Shown piece by piece: positions 53,765 through 64,000 of a stretch of 64,000 nt of DNA. This stretch comes from the human T2T-CHM13v2.0 reference genome, Homo sapiens. Each line of letters begins with the position of its first letter. Positions within the stretch are counted from its first letter, which is position 1. The stretch lies in assembly GCF_009914755.1 (NCBI RefSeq), contig NC_060928.1; one strand, 5' to 3'. Position numbers and translations under genes: made by a program. A model generated the notes under the pieces. The model did no database searches, was not told the DNA's origin, and saw only the letters and a program-made list of their open reading frames with translations.

Positions 53765-53878
53765 TTTCTGCATATGAAAATAAATTTTTATGCTTTTCTT
53801 CCTATTAATCTGTCTTCTGTAAGTTCATTTTCAGTGAACTTTCAGTGATTCAAGAGGAATCGTTATCTCCACCCCTAT
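53765..53878 (+). mobile_element. ERV1 (MER4/MER34-group) LTR 3' fragment
   Basis: aataaatttttatgcttttcttcctattaatctgtcttctgtaagttcattttcagtgaac. Confidence 0.6.
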
Positions 53879-53914
53879 GCTTTCTTTATGTAGATCAAAA
53901 CTTTTGACCTATAT

Positions 53915-54270
53915 TGTATTAGTCTGTGGGGGTTGCCATAACAAAATACCACAGACTTGGTGGTTTAAACTGCAAACATTTATTGTCTCATAATTTGGAA
54001 AGGTGCAGGTTTAGTTTCTGCCTTATAGCTGGCCACTTTCTGCTGTGTCCTCATATTGAGTGAGGGGGTGGGGAGGGACAGAGAGAGAGGGCTCGCTATC
54101 TGATGTCTCTTCTTATAATGACACTAATCCTATGAGATCAGAGCCTAATCCTTATGACTTCATTTAACCTTAATTAGCTTCTTGGAGATCTCATCTCTAA
54201 ATACAGCCACATCGGTGGTTAGGTCATCAACACATACATTTTAGGGGACACAAACATTGGGTTGGTAACA
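53915..54270 (-). mobile_element. MLT1A0-like solo LTR
   Basis: tgtattagt...gccataacaaaataccacagact...gtaaca; 5-bp TSD tatat on both sides. Confidence 0.9.
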
Positions 54271-56133
54271 TATATTATTTTCCCTATGGCTGAAGAACTT
54301 CTTTTAACATTTCTGGCATGGTTGGTTTGCTGGTGATAAATCTCAGATTTTATTAGTCCAAGAAAGTTTCTATTTCTTTAACATTTAAAGAATAATTTTG
54401 TTGGATATAAATTCTCATTTGTGAGTGTTTTTTTCTTCCAATACTTTACATATTTCACTCCATTCTCTTTTTGCCTCTCACTGTCATTATTTCACTCTCA
54501 TTTTGAGATTTTTTTTGTCATTATTGAGATTATTATTTTTGTCATTATTTCATTCTCGTTATTTCACTGCCTCTCATTTTTCTCAGGATTTCTCTCCATT
54601 AATTTTTTTTCTCAGTTTTAATAAAGTATGATTAAAGGTAGTATTTCAGGCTATTTATTCTGCTTTTTGTTTTCTGAGCTTTCTGGATTTGTGATTTTCT
54701 GTTCTTCATTAATTTTGAAAAGTTTTCAGCCTCTATTATTTTAAATATTTATTCTACTCTATTATTCTTCTATTATTATCTGAATGTTACACCTTTTGAT
54801 TCTGTCCAAAGCTCTTGGATATCTTCTCTGCTTTTAAAGTGCTTTTATCTTGCTGAATTTCAGTTTGGAAAGTCTCTATTGACTTATCTTCAAGATCACT
54901 GATACTTTCCATTTTCATGTTGGATCTACAAACGAATGTATAAAACATCCTTCATTTCTGTTACAGTGTTCCTAATATCTATCATTTCTTTTTGATTATT
55001 TTTTAGAAAATTATCTTTCTCCTCAAATTATCCATCTCTTCTTGTATATTGTCTTCCCTTTTCTTCATTATAGCCATTGCCAAGTTACTTGTAATTATTT
55101 TAAATCCCTTGTTTGATAATTTCAAAATCTCTGTTCTAGCTAAGCCTGGTTCTCATGCTTGCTCTGTCTCTTCAGACTGTTTTTGCTTGGTGGTTTTTGC
55201 CTTTTGACGTACCTTGTAAGTTTTTCTGGAAAGTCAGATGAGTTGTATGAACTACTGGGAATTGAGGTAAACTGGCTGTTAAGTTGATGATTCCAGTTAA
55301 TCTGTGGGAGTTCAACTGTGTTTAATGTTTGCTGTAGCTATAGATGCCTAGAAGCTTCAAATTTGTTTACTGCCCTTGTTTTGTTTTTTTCTATATCTTA
55401 TTCCTCAGAAGTAGTCCATATCTAACAGCTTTTTCAGCTGTAACCCGCTATTATTATACTGGGGCCCTATTTGTGCAATGGCAAAGTGAGAGGGGATACA
55501 GAATGTTTTATAATATGTCAATTAAATCTCTGTCCTTTACTGGGAATTCTTCCCAGGGCTGTTAACTTCTCAGATGGTTCTCCTTTGATACAGCTTTTCT
55601 CCATCAACTATCTACTCCCTTCTTTCACCTCACTCTTCTCAATCTATTTTTGCAGCATTGATCCCAGTAGGCTATGCTATTTCACCCCTCAGGTGAGACA
55701 GAAAGACTAAAGGGGGCCAAGGTGGGAGGAATTACATTTCCCAGCGAAACCTTTTCCCTAATAAGCAGGCCTTTGTTATGGATAAGGCTCTGGGTGCATT
55801 TCACAATGATTACTCTTCCCTACCTCATGCCCTGTGGGTATCTTTTCTGAATTTCTACTTTGAAAACTTGGTGGAGTTTCTAAAGGCAAATCCTGTAGAA
55901 CTGTGGGTTCCCCTTCAAGACTGTGACCACCAGGAATTTCTCATTCTCAAGCTAGTCCACACTCAGTCTCAAGCAGTTTACCAAAATTACTACTTGCTAC
56001 ATTCTAAATGTTTGTGTGTCCCCGAAGTCCAGATGTTGAAATCTTAACACCTAAAATACGGTATTAGGAGGTAGAGCTTTGTAGGTGACTAGGTGGATAA
56101 GGGCAGAGCCCTCATCAATGGGATTAGTGTACT

Positions 56134-56843
56134 TACGACACAGGATTTTTATCAATTGCTTTGCTAGCCAGGGCCCTTTGCAGCTGACGATGCCCCACCC
56201 AGGACTCATTCAGCCCCAGGCCTGCCGCAGGAGCATCCCACCCACTCAGCCATTGGGCCTTGCCTGGCTTGCACACTGGCTCATCCTGCAGCTGGGCCAG
56301 GCATGCCCCACCCAACCTGTGTTATAGCTTGTACCTGCATTTGGTGGTACCCAAGTTCTTGTTCCATGTCCAAGAAGAATGAGGTTATGCTGACAGTTGA
56401 AGGGTGAGGAGGGTGGGGAAGAATTTTATTGTGCAATACAACAGCTCTCAGCAGAGACAGGGCATGAGGGTGGTCCCCCAACCAAAGTCGTGTGACCTCT
56501 TTTTTCCATGTGGCTAGGTTTGGGGCTTTTATGGGCTCAGAATGGGGAGTGCATGCTGATTGGTTAGTGAGTATGCAAAAAAGATTAAAATAGAGACACC
56601 ACTCAAAGGTGGGCATGACATTGTAAAAAAACAATTAGGGAAGGGTAGGTATATCTAAAATAGGTGAAGGGTGGGGATCAATCTGAGGAAAGCATTCCAA
56701 ACAGGAAGACAGGTTCTCAATCTAGTCTGTGGATTTACCCAGGATTTGTAGCTAGACCTTAAGCTGTCTTTGGCTTAAAGGTCAGGTTTCACTGTGGACC
56801 CACCCTGTTTGCCTAGGCATGTGTCAGCCTCCTGCTGCTATCA
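56134..56843 (-). mobile_element. ERV1 LTR (LTR27/MER52 group), 3' LTR
   Basis: ggggcttttatgggctcagaatggggagtgcatgctgattgg (TATA/CCAAT on the minus strand) and a poly(A) signal (ttttatt). Ends tatca, next to a purine tract on the minus strand. Confidence 0.8.
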
Positions 56844-59264
<2,421 letters not shown>

Positions 59265-59751
59265 TCATAAAAGAGGCATGAGCGAGCATCCTCACCACTT
59301 CTACCATATAGTGAGAAGACACCATCTATCAACCAGAAAGTTAGCCCTCACTAAACACCAAATCTACTGGTGCCTTGATCTTGAACTTCTAGCTTCCAGA
59401 ACTGTGAGACATAAATGTCTGTTGTTTATAAGCCACCCATTTTATAGTATTTTGTTATAGCAGCTTAAATGGACTAAGACATCACTTAAGTGTTTCTACT
59501 TGTTTATGGCTCCAGGGTTTCCGTTCCATGTAAGCTGATCAGGCTATATCTCTTTGGACACACCTACATCCAGAAATAATCTAGATATTTCAGCATGATG
59601 GTTTACTCTGAGACTTCAGTTCTCTGACTAACCTGTGAAAAAGTCATTGATACTCAACTATCTAGTGTTTTCTTGTAAGAATTGTGGGTGACAGCATTCA
59701 AGTACTTCACATGCCAGAGCTGATGTCAACAGTCTCCCTCAAATACATATA

Positions 59752-60035
59752 TTTGAAACAGCGTCTTAATCTGTCACTCAGATTGGAGTGAAGTGGCACA
59801 ATCACAGTCATAGCTTACTCAATCTCCCTGGCCCAAGCGATCCTCCTGCCTCAGCCTCCTAAGTAGCTAAAACCATGGGCACGCACCATCATGCCCAGCT
59901 AATACTTGTATTATTTTTAGAGATGGAGTTTTGCCGTGTTTCCCAGGCTGGTCTTGAACTCCTGAGCTCAGGCAGTCCTCCTACCTCTGCCACCCAAAGT
60001 GCTGGGATTATAGGCATGAGCCACCATGCCTGGCC
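59752..60035 (-). mobile_element. AluJ
   Basis: Diverged dimer; flanks aacagtct. Confidence 0.9.
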
Positions 60036-60181
60036 AACAGTCTATATTTTTAAAACTCCATTTCATTGTTCAGATATAATTTGTACTTGTCTTTCAAATT
60101 AGAATTTCTAAATTACCATGTCCTTGAAATTGCCTCTTATTATCTTCCTCTTCAGATAGATTCTTATGCATGCATTATTAT

Positions 60182-60690
60182 TGTGGTGGCCCAGGAACTT
60201 GGCCTCCTGGAGATTTGCTAAAAATCACTGATATGAGGCAGATTAATCAGTAGGAGAAAAGGTATACAAATTTATTTAACGTGTATAACAGGAGGCTTCA
60301 GAATCCCCTCCAGTGAAGTTTGGAAGCTTACATAACTGCCTGGCAAAACATGTTATGGAATTAGGGAGAAGAGGAATTCTGTTGACAGGATTACTAGGGA
60401 GAATGAATAGATCCGGGAACACAGATTAACTTGTAAATAGTTCTCTTTGACAGTGAAAGGGTCTGTTCTGTTCAGTTGTGGTTATATTCTCGGTCTTATA
60501 GGAGGGAGAAGAAAAAACAATTGTTCTTCTTGATGGGTCCAGATTTTAGGCAGATGAAGGACCTTCAGAGAACAACTTTATCCTATGCTTTGAGCGAGAC
60601 TGGGAAGCAATGAGGTCAGAGGGACCTTGAGGCTTCTTCAGTTCTGCATGTCAAAACACCATATTTTTGGGTATTGGCTTGAGCCTTAAC
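60182..60690 (-). mobile_element. MER34-family ERV1 solo LTR
   Basis: aaaatcactgatatgaggcagattaat...gcatgtcaaaacaccatatttttgggtatt; 4-bp TSD ttat. Confidence 0.82.
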
Positions 60691-62189
60691 GTTATCTAAT
60701 GATGTTCTGTCTTCACCAATCTATCATGAGAATTTTTGTTAATTTCTTTTATATTCCTCATCTACTACATGAGTCAAATCAGTTCTCCACTAACGACTAA
60801 AGATTAAATGATAGCAATTCTTATCTTACGACATCAAATGGTAAATAATCAGAGTAATTTATCATCAAATATAACCCCAGGTATTCCTCAAGGAGACATA
60901 CTGTCTGTAATGGTAAAACTAACATGAGAGACTAAGAATAGAGTCATCAAAACTGGTCCTTGCCCTTTTTTTGCCTTTTTAAAATTCACCACTTTTAACT
61001 ATTTTGTGATTGTTTGTGTGTTTATGTGTTTATTTGTGTGTGTATGTGTGTGTTGGTGGTACTTTATGGATTCTGTAATCGAAAATTTAAAGTCTGGGAT
61101 AATGAATGTGTCAAAGCACAGGACGAAGTGAAACCTGGTGCTTCCTGACAATAAATGTTTAATCCTCTTTCCTTGGAGATTTCAGGAAACTCCAGTAATT
61201 GAGGAAACAAGAATATGTAACCCTGGAGTACAACTTTTTATGAACACTGTGTAGTTCATGACACACAAGGGATCTTTTAAAAGCAGACGTTGGTGTTCAG
61301 TAAGTTTACCCATTGACAAATGATTGTTTTACTGTATACAATACTCCCTACAAAACTTTTACTACTATTACACAAAAGAGTAATAAAATGAGAAACACCT
61401 TTTCCCCTCTATTTATACATCTCGCTCATCTCTGTAACTAAGTTTAATGTTTACCGGAGAGAGGGAAAAATATAATTCCTAGGGAACCCTGTGCTGTGCT
61501 AATGAAATGAGCAATAGGGCACCCTAAGGAGTAGTGATTGGCCTCCCACGAAATGATCTAAACGTTGTCTTTGCAGCACCACACCCAACACACCCCGTAT
61601 TCTGCCAGTCCACAGTTAGAGAGCCAGGGACAATGACCCTTCCAAAAAATGTTTTATCTAAGCTTAATAACAAAATCTCTCCATAAAGATAAACAAATAT
61701 TTCCCAATTAATTATTGACATTTTCTGTACCATCCTATTGGGAAAATGTTCAATATGAATGCAGAAATTTACAAGCACCCCTTCTATCCCCTTTCCATCC
61801 CTACACTGTGTGCCTAAAGAGAAATGGTCCTGGGGATGATATTATGTGGAAATCACAATGCACCCCATTGATTACTCTCTCTAAGGAAGAGAGATGTGAC
61901 ACATTTTACAGAATCAGCCCAAAAGACAGAAAATCCAAAGCACTCATTATATATTTTCGTCTGACGCAGCACATTAAAATTTGAAGAAAGAAAACCATCT
62001 TATCATAAAGTCAGCAAAAAAATAAAACAAAACGAAGCTCCTATTTATCTGCACACCTCTGTTCATTTGGAAGATGATGCATTGTGCTACAAATATTGTT
62101 TTCCAAAGATCCCACATGGTACAGTGGGAGGAAGATGGAATGCTAATTAAAAACGAATTAAATCTCTGTGATTTCCAAATCCATATGAT

Positions 62190-62335
62190 CTTCTAAGAGT
62201 TACTTAACCTCTACGTTCCTCATACTTAAAATAGTACCTGTCTCTAAAGGTTGTAGTGAGAAGCTTTATGAGATAGTGAAAGAAAAGCACCTCCCAAAGG
62301 GTTGGCCCAAAATGTAACTCAGCAAATGTTTATTT
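62190..62335 (+). mobile_element. MIR fragment
   Basis: agttacttaacctct...aaggttgtagtgag...ctcagcaaatgttt. Confidence 0.65.
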
Positions 62336-62859
62336 CTTTTTGACTTACAGTCTTTCATTAGGCAAGCATGACCTGAAATGTATCCACAGAGTGGTAATTC
62401 CTTTTTGCTACTGGTAGGTTGAATGATAGTCCCTAGAAGTGTCAACTATTCAATCTGATCAACAGTCTTTTCTGCATCATCTGTTAAATGCTTTTCTCCT
62501 TCTGTAGGTTTTAAATAGAAGTTGCTTAGATAACCAGCATTCCAGGCAGATTGGATGAGTCAAACTAGACCAATCAGAAAACACCATTACCTCAGCCAAA
62601 ATGATTGGACTAAGTATTTCCAAGGAAATTCAAGCCAGGCAAATCAGAATTTTTTACTAGGTGTTTTCAAGTGGTTGCCTAAAGGAGAGAAATCTTTGCC
62701 TATTTAAAAAAATATGAACTTAAAAATTGGGTGGGAGAGTGATGTTATGTGGCTGAGGAGAAAGCCGGACAGAAGGGAATGAGGCTGACAAGCCAAGGAA
62801 GCTTAGGGACTTCTATTCCAATGGCAACTCTCAAAACATGTTACCCTCTTGACAATTAG

Positions 62860-63090
62860 GTCATTCCTTTAAGATTCAGCCCAGGTGTCTTCTAGGAAGT
62901 TTGTCATGATTCTTTCAGGCTGGATTTAGGGCTCTATCTTCTGTCTTTCCGTAGAATTCTGTGAGTAATTCTGTTCTGAATCTGACCACTTCGTAATGTA
63001 TCAATCACTGCCTGTCTTCACCACCAGTCCATAAAAGTCATGAGTGACTTGTCTCAACTTTCAATACTCAGTACTTCTGTTGGTGCCAGG
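62860..63090 (+). mobile_element. L2 3' fragment
   Basis: tcctttaagattcagcccaggtgtc...ctgcctgtcttcaccaccag...ggtgccaggc. Confidence 0.55.
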
Positions 63091-64000
63091 CGTATTTTAG
63101 TCTCCGAGACACAGACATATTATTCTATTTTAACAACTGTTCTGATCTGAGTTTAGTTCTTTGTTTCTTCGTAGTCCACAGCTGTGCCACAGTATTTGAA
63201 GTTTCATCTTGATGTGTCTTTATGGTTGTTTTGATTGGCCTGGTTGAGATTTGATGACTTAAATGATCTATGGCTTTTATTTAGTTAGTTATTTTAGCAT
63301 CTTCTTACTACCACCATAGGCAACTGGAAACCTTTCAGCAAAACAGTCCTGGAAGAAAAAGAAAATGTTATCTTTCAGGACAGATATTTATATCCTGGTA
63401 GAAAATCCTGCTAATCTCTGTGTAAGTGACTTGAAAACAAAATGGCAAAGAAAAGAACCACACTGCGATTTGAAGTTTGTCTCATTGTTAAAATGGCATC
63501 CTGTTTGTTTGCATTAATTACGAGAGTACTTCCACCCACAAATAAAATATCACATGTTAAATGCCAAAGTTTGAGAAAAGTCACAATCTTGTCACACTAT
63601 AATTAAGCAGATTTTTGGTATTTATTTAGACTATTAAGTATGTAGAACTCTTAATCGAATTGAAGTGAACCTAAAGTAAAATGATTATCACTTTCCCTAC
63701 ACTTTCCTCCAGGAAACAGAGATCAGAAGCCAAAGATGAAGATGCCCCCAGGCAAGAAGCAGTTTAAAAATAAATGGGAAAATTTCCTAAGAAGAGCAGA
63801 AAAAGATTGTTCTGGCTCATAATTTTCAAGGTTTTTACTAATTCTCCTCTAGAAAGTAATCACCAAGTCCTTGGTATTTAACAAAGGTAATTAACAACTG
63901 AAGGCTTGCTCTTAAGATTCCAGTTTCCAAAAAATGCCTTCAAGCCAATCCAAGTTCAGTACCGTTGAGAGGGGATCTATGCCTAACCCCTTCATTCAGA

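Noticed and set aside
63685-63780. Possible terminal exon (ctttcctccag acceptor, AATAAA about 55 nt later)
   Set aside because: No downstream GU-rich element or coding signal; such motifs are frequent by chance.

Overview
Eukaryotic (primate, most likely catarrhine given the AluY copies) AT-rich intronic or intergenic DNA. It is dominated by decayed transposable elements: a full-length TSD-flanked L1PA13-16-type LINE (7058-14210), an internally deleted L1PA7-like element, a truncated L1PA11-13-like element, a ~13 kb old L1M element full of nested insertions, about 13 Alus or Alu fragments, MaLR/ERV LTRs, L2, MIR and DNA-transposon MITEs. I found no intact protein-coding gene, RNA gene, CRISPR array or prokaryotic-type system. 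Most long ORFs in the track are TE-derived or low-complexity; the rest look like chance frames. The observations most worth a second look are several inverted templated-insertion repair scars, an L1 that keeps both ends and its TSD but lacks the middle, two right-arm-only Alus with TSDs, a one-LTR ERV splitting a MaLR LTR almost cleanly, and a non-repeat block near 44.2-45.0 kb with a 216-codon open frame and enhancer-like motifs. Subfamily names come from my recollection of consensus sequences and need RepeatMasker/Dfam confirmation. Boundaries of old repeats are approximate.
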